A stretch of DNA of 64,000 nucleotides from Candidatus Palauibacter ramosifaciens (GTDB taxonomy: Bacteria > Gemmatimonadota > Gemmatimonadetes > Palauibacterales > Palauibacteraceae): assembly GCA_009845855.1 (NCBI GenBank), contig VXYT01000034.1, positions 64,820 to 128,819 on the forward strand, read 5' to 3'. How positions within the stretch are numbered: the first letter of the stretch is position 1; each line of letters starts with the position of its first letter. Shown one piece after another: positions 17,498 to 26,869 of the stretch. The notes under the pieces are model-generated. The model made no database searches, was not told the DNA's origin, and worked only from the letters and a program-made list of their open reading frames with translations. The position numbers and the translations under genes are program-made.

Positions 17498-19087
17498 ATG
17501 GCCCCACCGCGGCTGGAAGCGCTCGAGGCCCTCTCGGGCGCGATTGAGCGGGGGCGCCACCTCGCGCTCATCGCCGCCGAGGGAGCGGGCCTCGCCCCGC
17601 TCTACGCGGCCGCCGCCTTGCGGGATCTTGCCGCCGGCGAGGCGGGGGGACGCGCCTTCGTGCTTACCGCCACCGCGGACCGCGCGCGGCGCTGCGCGGC
17701 GCGCATGCATGCCGCCGCGCGGGACGCCGGGTACGAGGTCGTCGTCGTGCCGGGCGCCGCGGGCGGGGCGGTTGGGCGGGCTCCGATCCTCGTGGGGCCT
17801 CCGGCCGTCCTGCTGGAGGGGGTGCGAAAGGGCGACATCCCGGCCGCGGCGCTGTGCTCCCTGGTCCTCGACGACGTGCGTGCGCTCGAGCCGGCGCGGG
17901 CGGCCGTCGAGGCCGTCGTGCAGGCCTCTGGCGAGGGGGCTCGGCGGATCGCGACGACTCACGCCCGGGATGCGGCGTTCGACGAGCTGATCGAGCGCTG
18001 GTTGCCGCGCGCGCGCCGGTGGCCGAAGGAACTGTTCGCCGAGGCGCGGGCCGGGGAGTCGGAGGCGGGCCGGGTGGCGGGCACTGCGGTCGCCGTCGCG
18101 AGCCGGGCGACGCGCGAGGGCCGGCTGGCCCGCCTGGCCGAGTTGCTCCGCGACCTCACTGGGGTCGGCGCGGCGGCCTCCGTCAGCGTCGAGACGGCCC
18201 CCGACGCCGTCGCCGACGTGCAAGCCGCGCTCTCGCTCGCCGGGCTGCACGTCGCCCGGGCCGAGGGAGCCGAAGCGGCCGAAACCGACGGCAGCGCGGG
18301 CGAAGCCAACGGCAGCGCGGGCGAAGCCAACGACGGCGGCGCGGCGCTGCGGGTCGGGGCATGGGGCGAGGTCGACCCGGCCGCCCACGCCGTCGCGTTC
18401 GAGCTGCCGCCGGGGCCGGAGCCCCTCGCCCGCGCGGCGGCCGCCGCCGAGCGCTGCTATGCCATCGTCGACTCCCTGCACGAACGGCAGTTCGAGCTGA
18501 CGGCGTTGCGGGCCGGGCTGCGGGCCGCTCCCCTGGCCGAGCCCGCCGACCCCGCGCTCATGGACGACGTGGCCGCCTTCCGCGCCCGCGTCGCCGGCGC
18601 GCTCGAGCAGCAGGATCTCGCGGCCGGCGCGCTCCTCCTCGCGCCTCTCATCCGGGAGCACGGGTCCGCGCGCGTGGCGGCCGCCCTCGCCGGACTCCTC
18701 CGCGCGGCGGAGCGGCCGGCCCCCGGGGCGCGGGAGGCGGCGCCCGGCGACGCACCGTCCGGCGACGCACGGCCCGGCGACGCACGGCCCGGCGACACCG
18801 CGGCCGCGCCGCCCGACAGGAGCGCCCGGCGCGCCACTCGCCCCACGTGGACCAAGGTCTTCGTCGGCGTCGGCAAGCGCGACGGCGCGGGCCCGGGCGA
18901 CCTCGTCGGCGCGATCACCGGCGAAACCTCCGTTGCGGGCGGACAGATCGGGCGCATCGACATCCGGCAGAACTTCACCCTCGTCGACATCGATTCGCTG
19001 GCCGCCGACGCGGTGGTCCGCGGCCTCGATGGCAGCCGGATCAAGGGGCGCCAGGTCGTCGCGCGCCTCGACCGCGGGGCGCGATGA
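17498..19087 (+). CDS. Degenerate DEAD-box-like protein with a C-terminal DbpA/CsdA RNA-binding domain
   Basis: Motif I reads AEGAGLA, Ia TATADRA, Ib GPPAVL, II LDDVR, III TTH. The C-terminal [35 protein letters not shown] domain is intact. Confidence 0.8.
   Translation: MAPPRLEALEALSGAIERGRHLALIAAEGAGLAPLYAAAALRDLAAGEAGGRAFVLTATADRARRCAARMHAAARDAGYEVVVVPGAAGGAVGRAPILVGPPAVLLEGVRKGDIPAAALCSLVLDDVRALEPARAAVEAVVQASGEGARRIATTHARDAAFDELIERWLPRARRWPKELFAEARAGESEAGRVAGTAVAVASRATREGRLARLAELLRDLTGVGAAASVSVETAPDAVADVQAALSLAGLHVARAEGAEAAETDGSAGEANGSAGEANDGGAALRVGAWGEVDPAAHAVAFELPPGPEPLARAAAAAERCYAIVDSLHERQFELTALRAGLRAAPLAEPADPALMDDVAAFRARVAGALEQQDLAAGALLLAPLIREHGSARVAAALAGLLRAAERPAPGAREAAPGDAPSGDARPGDARPGDTAAAPPDRSARRATRPTWTKVFVGVGKRDGAGPGDLVGAITGETSVAGGQIGRIDIRQNFTLVDIDSLAADAVVRGLDGSRIKGRQVVARLDRGAR
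18288..18332 (+). repeat. In-frame 21-nt tandem duplication (GSAGEAN)
   Basis: ACGGCAGCGCGGGCGAAGCCA x2 plus a partial copy. Confidence 0.9.
18743..18802 (+). repeat. In-frame 15-nt tandem repeat x4 ([20 protein letters not shown])
   Basis: (C/T)CCGGCGACGCAC-type unit repeated in the linker before the RNA-binding domain. Confidence 0.85.
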
Positions 19088-20148
19088 GTCGGATGGGCCT
19101 CGTGCGGCGCCTGTTCGACTTCAGCCGGTTCGAAGGCCGCCTCCTCGGCGCCACCGTCTTCACGGTGAGTCTCACGATCATCGGGACGATCGGCTTCGCC
19201 GCCATGCCCGACTACAACCTGTCCGACGCATTCTTCATGACCGTGATCACGGTCTCGGCGGTCGGGTACGGCGAGATCCGGACGCTCACGGACGGCGGCC
19301 GCATCTTCGCGAGTTTCATGATCGCGGGCGGCATCGTCACGCTCGCGATCTGGTTCGCCCTCATCACCGCCACCCTCGTCGAGATGGACCTGACCCAGTC
19401 ACTCAAGAGACGAAGAACGATGAAGAGGATCGACCGCCGCAGGGACCATGTGATCCTGTGCGGTGCGGGCCGCACCGGCCTGGCCGCGCTCAAGAGGCTC
19501 GCCACGCGCGGGACTCCGTACGTCACCATCGAACGCGACCCCGCGCAGATCGAGGAGGCACGCCGGATCGACCCCGACGCGCTGGTCATCGAGGGGGATG
19601 CGACCGATGACGACACGCTCGTTGCGGCCGGGATCGAGCGGGCGCGCGGGCTCATCGCCTCGCTGAGCGCGGACACCGACAACGCGTTCGTGTGTCTGGC
19701 GGCGCGCGAACTGAACCCGGACCTGACGATCGTGGGGCGGGCGCGTTCCGAGGACGCGGTGAGCAAGCTCAGGAAGGCCGGCGCCGACCGCGTCGTCACC
19801 CCGAACTCGACCGGCGGCATCCAGATGGCCTCGCTCGTCCTGCGGCCCGACGTCACGCTCTTCGTCGACTTCGATACCCCGGGCGACGCCGGCGGCATGG
19901 GGCTGCTGCTGGAGCAGGTGTCCGTGCCGGAGTCCTCCGAGGTCGCCGGACTCACCCTGGCCGAAGCGAAGATCCAGGCCAAGACGGGCCTGCTCGTCGT
20001 CGCGATCCAGCGCGGAAGCGAAGGGGGCGGCGACGCCGATGGCTTCGTCTACAACCCGGGACCGGATGAGAAGCTGCGGGCCGGCGACGATCTCGTGGTG
20101 CTCGGACCCCGGTCCAGCTTCGCCGAACTGCGCGATTTCCTGAGCTGA
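19084..20148 (+). CDS. Two-TM potassium channel protein with RCK (TrkA-N, TrkA-C) domains
   Basis: ATGA overlap with the upstream stop; pore TVITVSAVGYGE; CGAGRTG; GDATDD..L..AGI; TrkA-C domain. Confidence 0.9.
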   Translation: MSRMGLVRRLFDFSRFEGRLLGATVFTVSLTIIGTIGFAAMPDYNLSDAFFMTVITVSAVGYGEIRTLTDGGRIFASFMIAGGIVTLAIWFALITATLVEMDLTQSLKRRRTMKRIDRRRDHVILCGAGRTGLAALKRLATRGTPYVTIERDPAQIEEARRIDPDALVIEGDATDDDTLVAAGIERARGLIASLSADTDNAFVCLAARELNPDLTIVGRARSEDAVSKLRKAGADRVVTPNSTGGIQMASLVLRPDVTLFVDFDTPGDAGGMGLLLEQVSVPESSEVAGLTLAEAKIQAKTGLLVVAIQRGSEGGGDADGFVYNPGPDEKLRAGDDLVVLGPRSSFAELRDFLS

Positions 20149-20149
20149 C

Positions 20150-21649
20150 TCAGAGCCGCTCGGGATTCTCCTGGAAGAAGGGCCGCCACTTCTCCTCGGG
20201 CGAGGGCGGCGTGAGGAGGCTCACGACGATCAGCAGTCCGAGCGAGATGAGGACGCCGGGGATCACGATGTAGTCGCTCGAAGCGAAATCGAACGCGGTC
20301 CCTCCGATCGTGGCGGTGAAGTTCACGCCCAGCCGCGACAGGGCCGCGATCCCCACGATGCTCCCGAGTCCGCCCGCGATACACGCCACCCCGCCCTGCG
20401 GCGTTACGCGGCGCCACAGGAAGGCCGCAAGGAGCGCCGGCGTGAGACTGGCCCCGACGAGCGAGTACGCGTAGAGCGCCATCGCGAGCACGGTGTCGAA
20501 CTGCGTCAGCAACACGAGCCCCAGTCCGCCGAACAGGACGACGCAGAGGCGCTGCAACCCCAGCTTCCGCCCTTCGCTCGCATCCGGATCCACGAAGCGT
20601 TCGTAGAGGTCCCGGCTCACGTTCGTCGAGGGCACGAGCAGGAAGGTGTTGCCCGTCGAGAGCACGATGGCGACCGCCGCGGCGAGGAGAATCGCGCCCC
20701 CGATGATCGGCAGGCCGTTGGCGGCGATGTGAAGGATGATCGTCTCCGACGCGGCGCGGCCGACCAGCGACATCTGCGCCGGGTCCGCGAGCTCCGGGAA
20801 GACCGACCGGCCCACGATCGCCATCAGCGCCAGCGTCGTCTCGATGAAGACGACCCCGAGAAACATGCCGACGACGGCCTTCTTGGCCGACCCCGCGTCC
20901 TTGGCCGAGAAGAACTTCTGGTACATCCCGCTCTCGCCCAGGATGAGCAGGAAGGTGGGCATCGCGACGCCGATGACCCAGAGCACGTTGTGCCCTCCGA
21001 GCACCGTGAGGTGCTCCTCCGGCAGCCCGGTCGCGATGGCGCTCACGCCGCCGTTGGAGAGGACGAGATAGGGGAGGCCGATGATGATGCCGAGCGTGAT
21101 GATGATCCCGTTCAGGAGATCGACGGAGACGATGGACACCATCCCGGCGAGCGCCGTGAACGCCACGATCGTGACGCAGGTGATGATCATCCCGGTCGTC
21201 GGCGAGATCGCGCCGTCGGTGACGATGCTGAGGATCCAGCCTCCGCCCCGGAACTGGTAGGCGGCGATCGTGACGTAGGCGAGGATGATCGCGACCGTGC
21301 CGAGGACGCGGGCCGCCGCGTTGTAGCGCTGCTCGAGGAGGTCCGGGACGGTGTACTTCGCGATCGAGCGCACGCGGGGCGCAAGGTAGAAGGCGACGAG
21401 GAGACCCACCCAGGCGCCGAAGGAGAACCACAGCTCCGCAATCCCCGTGCGGTAGGCCAGCCCGGCCCCGCCGAAGAGCGACCCCGACCCGATCCAGGTG
21501 CAGATGAGCGTCCCCACGAGGAGCGCCACCGGCACGTTCCGGCCCGCCACCATGAAGTCCGCGTGGCTCTTGATCTGCCGGGAGCGCCACACGCCGATCC
21601 CGATGAGGACGAGCGGGTAGCCGAAGACGGCGATCGTCAGCAGGTCCAT
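20150..21649 (-). CDS. Sodium:solute symporter (SSS) family protein
   Basis: DFMVAGR, TWIGSGSLFGGAG..Y..G, TVPDLLEQRY, many TM helices. Confidence 0.9.
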   Translation of the reverse strand: MDLLTIAVFGYPLVLIGIGVWRSRQIKSHADFMVAGRNVPVALLVGTLICTWIGSGSLFGGAGLAYRTGIAELWFSFGAWVGLLVAFYLAPRVRSIAKYTVPDLLEQRYNAAARVLGTVAIILAYVTIAAYQFRGGGWILSIVTDGAISPTTGMIITCVTIVAFTALAGMVSIVSVDLLNGIIITLGIIIGLPYLVLSNGGVSAIATGLPEEHLTVLGGHNVLWVIGVAMPTFLLILGESGMYQKFFSAKDAGSAKKAVVGMFLGVVFIETTLALMAIVGRSVFPELADPAQMSLVGRAASETIILHIAANGLPIIGGAILLAAAVAIVLSTGNTFLLVPSTNVSRDLYERFVDPDASEGRKLGLQRLCVVLFGGLGLVLLTQFDTVLAMALYAYSLVGASLTPALLAAFLWRRVTPQGGVACIAGGLGSIVGIAALSRLGVNFTATIGGTAFDFASSDYIVIPGVLISLGLLIVVSLLTPPSPEEKWRPFFQENPERL

Positions 21650-21652
21650 CCG

Positions 21653-22321
21653 TTACTCCCCTTTCGACATGCGGCGCTTCAGCTCCTCGAGCATCGCGTC
21701 GGCCCGCGCCTCCCGCAGGTCCCGCTCGGCCACGAAGTCCCGCTCGGGCGCGCCGGCCAGCGGATCGAGCGCCTCGTCCACCTGGCGGCGGGCGTCGTCG
21801 AGGTCGCTGCTTCCCTCCATCTTCTCGGCCATGCGGTCGAACGCATCCACCGAGTCGAGCCGGTCGGTCGAGTGCCGGATCGCCTGCGCGCGCCGCTGCT
21901 GCACGCTGAGCGAGTCCCGCCGCGCCATGGCGCTCTTCAACTGTTCCACGCCCTGCGCCGCCTCGGCCTTCTGCTGCTGGAGTTCGGCCTGCGTCCCCTC
22001 GGCCTTGAGGACGAGCACCTCGAGCCGCTGGCGGTGCCGCGCCGCGAACCGGTTCGCGACCTCGACCGTCTCGGCGTCCCCGATCTCGGCGGCCTTCGCC
22101 GCGCGCCGTTCGGCGACCCGGGCCGCCTCCGTCTCCCGGTCGGCCTGGCGCACCTGCGACTCCAGCAACCCCTCGAGTTCGGAGATCCGCGCCCGCGTAT
22201 CGACGAGTTCCTGGCGCATGGCGCGGATGACGCGGTCGATGTCGTCCTCGGACGCGCCGGGCTGCTTCGCCTCCATCCGGTCCAGCGCCTCGTCGACCAT
22301 CTGCCTCAGTTTTCTGAACAT
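21653..22321 (-). CDS. PspA/IM30-like coiled-coil protein
   Basis: ATG at 22321 (MFRKLRQ); 222 aa, long coiled coil, A..A...GD.E.A-type motif, FDRMAEKM. Confidence 0.75.
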   Translation of the reverse strand: MFRKLRQMVDEALDRMEAKQPGASEDDIDRVIRAMRQELVDTRARISELEGLLESQVRQADRETEAARVAERRAAKAAEIGDAETVEVANRFAARHRQRLEVLVLKAEGTQAELQQQKAEAAQGVEQLKSAMARRDSLSVQQRRAQAIRHSTDRLDSVDAFDRMAEKMEGSSDLDDARRQVDEALDPLAGAPERDFVAERDLREARADAMLEELKRRMSKGE

Positions 22322-22405
22322 GGCTCTGAGTCTAGCAGCCCCCGGCGAAACGCCGCCACCGTTCGCATCCGATTTCGCGATGCGGTTCGGCTCGGGTTTC
22401 GCGGC

Positions 22406-22440
22406 TTGTCGTGGATACAATACTCCTGTATAGTATATCC
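22406..22440 (+). promoter_or_regulatory. sigma70 promoter overlapped by a CsoR/RcnR-type operator
   Basis: TTGTCG (22406-22411), 17-nt spacer, TATAGT (22429-22434). Inverted repeat ATACT-N7-AGTAT (22420-22436) with outer GGAT/ATCC, directly upstream of csoR-copA. Confidence 0.8.
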
Positions 22441-22494
22441 AATGTCAGGACGACCGCGGACCGACTCGACGGATCGAAGTCGGATGGCCGGTCG

Positions 22495-22830
22495 ATGATG
22501 GACGCGAGCGCGGAGGGAATGGCGGTGAGCCACGCGGGGCCGCATGCGATGGGGATCGCGGAGGGGACGAAGCACGACCTCGGCCGTCGGTTGGCCCGTA
22601 TCCGGGGACAGGTCGGGGGCATCGCCCGCATGGTGGAGGATGAGCGGTACTGCCCGGACATCCTGCAGCAGTTCGCCGCCGTTCACTCCGCGCTGCGCGC
22701 GGCCGAGAAGGAACTCCTGCTGAACCACCTTGAGCGCTGCGCCACCCACGCCATCGAGGAGGGCGGCGACGACGCGGCGCGGGTGAGAGCGGAGATCGCG
22801 GATCTCTTCATGCGCTTCGCCGGCAGGTAA
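22495..22830 (+). CDS. csoR: CsoR/RcnR-family copper-sensing repressor
   Basis: RRLARIRGQVGGIARMVEDERYCPDILQQ..AV..AL and HLERC (Cys-His-Cys ligand set). Start approximate. Confidence 0.9.
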   Translation: MMDASAEGMAVSHAGPHAMGIAEGTKHDLGRRLARIRGQVGGIARMVEDERYCPDILQQFAAVHSALRAAEKELLLNHLERCATHAIEEGGDDAARVRAEIADLFMRFAGR

Positions 22831-22849
22831 CGCAGATAACACTGGAAGG

Positions 22850-25141
22850 ATGATGATGGACCCTTCGACCCCCGCCCCGGCCCTCGCCAGGAAGACCTAT
22901 CGGATCGCCGGCATGCACTGTGCCGGCTGCGTCGGCTCCGTGGAGAGGAGCCTCAATGCGGTCGACGGCGTGGAGGCGTCGGTGAGCCTGCCGGCCGAGT
23001 CCGCGACGCTGACGCTCACCCGGGATGTGGGTTTCGAGGAACTCGCCGCGGCCGTCGAAGGGGCCGGCTACGAGATCGAGCCCATCGCGGACGTGGACCG
23101 CGGAGAGGCCGAGCGCTCGCGCCTTGCCGAGGCGGAAGCCCGCTCGCGCGAGGCGCGGAAAAACATGTGGACGGCGTGGGCGCTCACGGTCCCGGCCATG
23201 GTGTGGATGCTTCCGGAGATGTTCGCCGGCGTGCGCTGGCCATCGCCCCTCGTCTTCGACCTCGGCGTCACGCTGCTCGGGGCCGCCGTCCTCGCCGGGC
23301 CGGGGGGAGCGACGCTGCGCAGCGCGTGGCGTTCGGCGCGCGGCCGCACGCCGAACATGGATGTCCTCATCGCGCTCGGGGCCGGCGTCTCCGTGCTCAC
23401 GGGGGCTTGGGCGGTTCTGCACGTCCTCGGGTTTGCGCCGATGATCATGAACTTCGCGCCGGTGGGCGCGATGATCGCCGCCATCCACCTCACGGGCCGC
23501 TACGTGGAGGCGAAGGCGCGCGGACGCTCCTCGTCCGCGATCCAGGCGCTGCTCTCGCTCGAGGCGCCCACGGCCCGCGTCGAGCGCGAGGGCGCCGAAC
23601 TCGAGGTCCCGACCCGCGACGTCGCGGTGGGCGACGTGATGATCATCCGCCCGGGCGAGAAGATCCCCACGGACGGCGTCGTCCTCGAGGGACGGAGCGC
23701 GGTCGACGAGTCGCTCGCGACGGGCGAGTCGATCCCGGTCGAGAAGGAACCGGGGTCCTCCGTCCTCGGTTCGACCGTCAATCACTCCGGCGCGCTCCGG
23801 GTGCGGGCGACGGGCGTGGGCGAGGACACGTTCCTGTCCAACGTCATCCGCCTCGTGGAGGAGGCGCAGGCGAGCAAGGTCCCGATCCAGGAGTTCGCGG
23901 ACCGGGTGACCGCCATCTTCGTGCCCGTCATCCTCGTCGTCGCGCTGGCGGCCTTCGCGGGCTGGTTCGTCGTGCCCGGAGTCTTCACGGAGGCCGCGCG
24001 CTGGGCGTCGGGGTTCATCCCGTGGGTGAACCCGGAACTGGGCCGCCTCTCGCTCGCGCTCTACGCGGCGGTCGCGGTGCTCGTCATCGCCTGCCCCTGC
24101 GCGCTCGGGCTCGCCACCCCCACGGCGCTCATGGTCGGGACCGGCCTCGGAGCCACGCGCGGCGTCCTCATCCGTGACGGGGCGGCCGTGCAGACGCTGG
24201 ACCGGGCGGACACGCTCGTCTTCGACAAGACGGGCACCCTCACCCGCGGCGCGCCACGCGTGGTCGAGGTCTTCGCGACCGACGAAGCCGCCGAGGGGCG
24301 CGTACTCGCACTCGCCGCCGCGGTGGAGGACGCCTCGGAGCACCCCCTCGCCCGCGCTGTCGTCGAGGAGGCGCGCGGGCGCGGCATCCCCTTCTCCCGG
24401 GCGGGCGGCGTGGAGGCGCGGGTCGGGATGGGCATCGTCGGCGAGGTCGATGGCCAGCGGGTCGCCGTGGGGAGCGCGCGGCTGCTGCGCGAGGAGAGCA
24501 TCCCGGACGAGGACATCGCCGAGGTGGAGCGGCGTTTCCGCGACGCCGCGCGCACGGTCGCCTGGGTGGCCGCCGGCGGGCGGCTGCTCGGCGCGATCGC
24601 GATCGCCGACCCGGTGAAGGACGACGCGCGGGAAACCCTCCTCGAGCTGAGCCGCCGCGGCTTCCGCACCGTGATGCTCACCGGCGATCATGAAGCCGTG
24701 GCGGCCGCCGTCGCCGAGCACCTCGGCATCGACGACTTCCGGGCCGGGCTGCTCCCCGCCGACAAGGTCGACGCGGTGCGGCAACTCCGCGCCGAGGGCC
24801 GCACCGTGGCCTTCGTCGGCGACGGCATCAACGACGCCCCCGCGCTCAAGGCGGCCGATGTCGGCATCGCCGTGGGGACCGGCACCGACATCGCGATCGA
24901 AGCCGCGGACATCACCCTCGTGCAGGGAGATCTGCGCTCCGTGCTTCGCGCGACGAAGCTCGCCCGCGCCACCTTCCGCAAGATCCGCGAGAACCTCTTC
25001 TGGGCCTACGTCTACAACGTCGTCGCGATCCCCGTCGCCTTCCTCGGCCTCCTCCACCCCGTCCTCGCGGAGGCCGCGATGGCGCTGAGTTCGATCTCCG
25101 TCGTCACGAACGCGAACCGCCTCCGCCGCGCCCGCCTGTAG
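22850..25141 (+). CDS. copA: Cu(I)-translocating P1B-type ATPase
   Basis: HMA GMHCAGC, TGES, CPC, DKTGT, HP, GDGIND, YN and MALSS motifs. Confidence 0.93.
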   Translation: MMMDPSTPAPALARKTYRIAGMHCAGCVGSVERSLNAVDGVEASVSLPAESATLTLTRDVGFEELAAAVEGAGYEIEPIADVDRGEAERSRLAEAEARSREARKNMWTAWALTVPAMVWMLPEMFAGVRWPSPLVFDLGVTLLGAAVLAGPGGATLRSAWRSARGRTPNMDVLIALGAGVSVLTGAWAVLHVLGFAPMIMNFAPVGAMIAAIHLTGRYVEAKARGRSSSAIQALLSLEAPTARVEREGAELEVPTRDVAVGDVMIIRPGEKIPTDGVVLEGRSAVDESLATGESIPVEKEPGSSVLGSTVNHSGALRVRATGVGEDTFLSNVIRLVEEAQASKVPIQEFADRVTAIFVPVILVVALAAFAGWFVVPGVFTEAARWASGFIPWVNPELGRLSLALYAAVAVLVIACPCALGLATPTALMVGTGLGATRGVLIRDGAAVQTLDRADTLVFDKTGTLTRGAPRVVEVFATDEAAEGRVLALAAAVEDASEHPLARAVVEEARGRGIPFSRAGGVEARVGMGIVGEVDGQRVAVGSARLLREESIPDEDIAEVERRFRDAARTVAWVAAGGRLLGAIAIADPVKDDARETLLELSRRGFRTVMLTGDHEAVAAAVAEHLGIDDFRAGLLPADKVDAVRQLRAEGRTVAFVGDGINDAPALKAADVGIAVGTGTDIAIEAADITLVQGDLRSVLRATKLARATFRKIRENLFWAYVYNVVAIPVAFLGLLHPVLAEAAMALSSISVVTNANRLRRARL

Positions 25142-25254
25142 CCGACCTCGGCCGAAGCTTCGCGGCCGGCAGCCCGACGTTGCCTTTGCCCCTGCCGGCG
25201 CGCATCATAGGCGCCGGTTCGACGGTTCATCCGGTTTCTTCCGAGAGAGGTTCG

Positions 25255-25596
25255 ATGGCCTCACGCTGGGTCGGTCTCGCGCTGGGACTCTGGTTCCTGG
25301 GCGCTCCGTTCATCTGGGGATACCCGTTCGGTTTCTTGTGGTGGCACAGCGTGGTGCTCGGCGGTTCCATCCTCGTCGTCACCATCACCTTCAACCTCGG
25401 CATCAACCGGATCAGCGGCTGGGGCCTCATCGCCCTCGGCGCCTACAGCATGCTGTCGCCCTTCATCCACGGGTATCTCGCCAACGCACAGGCCCTGTTC
25501 AACGACCTCATCTTCGGCGTCATCACCGTGGGCACCGGCACCGCGATGGGCGGGGCGGGAATCGAACACTCCGACGAGGCGCCCAGCGCCGCCTGA
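25255..25596 (+). CDS. SPW-repeat small membrane protein
   Basis: ATG after GAGAGG; four TM segments with W...APF and SPF motifs. Confidence 0.8.
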   Translation: MASRWVGLALGLWFLGAPFIWGYPFGFLWWHSVVLGGSILVVTITFNLGINRISGWGLIALGAYSMLSPFIHGYLANAQALFNDLIFGVITVGTGTAMGGAGIEHSDEAPSAA

Positions 25597-25597
25597 C
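25564..25597 (+). repeat. 34-bp imperfect direct repeat, copy 1 (3' end of the SPW gene)
   Basis: GAACACTCCGACGAGGCGCCCAGCGCCGCCTGAC; 30/34 identical to 26829-26862, first 19 bp identical. Confidence 0.9.
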
Positions 25598-25603
25598 CCC
25601 GAG

Positions 25604-25617
25604 GACGTTCCCGCGGG
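25604..25617. repeat. GACGTTCCCGCGGG motif downstream of a beta-propeller gene
   Basis: Identical to the 14-mer at 27607-27620. Confidence 0.75.
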
Positions 25618-25631
25618 CACTTCACCTCCGC

Positions 25632-26834
25632 CTAGCAGCCCGCGGACCCGGTCCATTCCTCCACCACGAAGCCTTCGATGGTGTGGATTCCCAGTTCGTT
25701 GAGCCGCACACCCCAGATCGTGTCCCGCAGGACTTCGCTTGGGGTGAACAGGCGCGGTAGGAGAACGTCGGAGGGTGGAGGGATCTCCACGGCGTCGTCG
25801 ACCCTCCGGAGCGTCCATACTCTCCAGCGGCTGTGCTCCCGCCGATCCGCTTCGAGCAGTATGGACTCCGGATCCAACCGTGCCCACACGCGGCCATCCG
25901 ACATGAACTGAAGGTCATGCACGGCTGGATGCCGCTCCGGTACGGGCAGGAGGTTTCTGAGATCGAACTCCTCCTGACGTGCCTCCGGGAAGAACCTCGA
26001 GAAGAACGCATCCACCTCCTGCTCCGTGATTCTCGGCCCACGCAGGGAGTCCCGGATCGCACCGACCACGTCGCCGACTCCGTCGAGCAGGACGATCTCT
26101 AGCCGCCTTCCTCCGACCGACACCGCCGCCAGCCCTCCGCAGGCCGCACTCACATCCGCGTGTGGAGGCGCATCGAACGGTCGGATGAACGCGGACACGC
26201 TCATCGACCTTCCATCGCCCGACCACACTCCAACGGGACCCCACGGCGGCACGTGGCGGACGGTGTCGATCGCATCGGAGTCGAAGTGCTCGAGTTCGAT
26301 GGCGGTCGGCGGTTCAGCATCCTCTGCCGGTGGGTTCATCGCACCCAGGGCGACTCCGGAGATCACGAGCCGCCGATGGCCCAGGTCAAACACGTCGCGC
26401 GCCATCCTGCCGGGCCGCTGCTCCACCGCGATGGTCTCCCCTACTTCGGCGTCCGGTCGAAACCGCGTCAGGCGTCGCGCGATCCGATCCCACACCGTCG
26501 CGCCGCCCGTGATGTTCGGGGACAGACTCAGCGGCAGCCGAAACTCCCCGGGGCCATCGCCCTCCCGTCCAACCGCGTACACGCTGTCGGGTGTGCGAAT
26601 CACGATACGTAAGTTGCCCGCGTCGAGAATCCAGAGATCATCGCCGACACGACTCACATGTTCCGGCCGGAACAACGGCCCCGCGGTTTCGGCCTCCGTC
26701 AATTGCCGCACACGAGTCGCAGTCACGACCGGAAGCGTTCTCGCCGTCCCGACGGCCTCGGCGCCGCCGTCACAGCCCGCGACCCCGAACGTGACCGTGC
26801 AGACGAGCCCAATAGGTCCACTCTTCGTGAACAC
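25632..26834 (-). CDS. 6-bladed beta-propeller lipoprotein (NHL-like), intact
   Basis: Lipobox VAGC; ILDAGN, VGREGDGPGEFR, VWD...RRLTRF, DGRVW, IWGVRLNELG..IE pattern. Confidence 0.85.
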   Translation of the reverse strand: MFTKSGPIGLVCTVTFGVAGCDGGAEAVGTARTLPVVTATRVRQLTEAETAGPLFRPEHVSRVGDDLWILDAGNLRIVIRTPDSVYAVGREGDGPGEFRLPLSLSPNITGGATVWDRIARRLTRFRPDAEVGETIAVEQRPGRMARDVFDLGHRRLVISGVALGAMNPPAEDAEPPTAIELEHFDSDAIDTVRHVPPWGPVGVWSGDGRSMSVSAFIRPFDAPPHADVSAACGGLAAVSVGGRRLEIVLLDGVGDVVGAIRDSLRGPRITEQEVDAFFSRFFPEARQEEFDLRNLLPVPERHPAVHDLQFMSDGRVWARLDPESILLEADRREHSRWRVWTLRRVDDAVEIPPPSDVLLPRLFTPSEVLRDTIWGVRLNELGIHTIEGFVVEEWTGSAGC

Positions 26835-26862
26835 TCCGACGAGGCGCTCGGCGCCACCCGAC
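26829..26862 (+). repeat. 34-bp imperfect direct repeat, copy 2 (covers the GTG start of the 25632-26834 gene)
   Basis: GAACACTCCGACGAGGCGCTCGGCGCCACCCGAC, 1265 bp from copy 1. Confidence 0.9.
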
Positions 26863-26869
26863 TGGGCGG

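Noticed and set aside
5989-25057. Many long Arg/Pro/Gly-rich overlapping ORFs (e.g. 6227-8233, 8184-10235, 12347-14233, 22808-25057)
   Set aside because: Alternative-frame or antisense shadows of well-supported genes, with no motifs and composition typical of off-frame GC-rich sequence.
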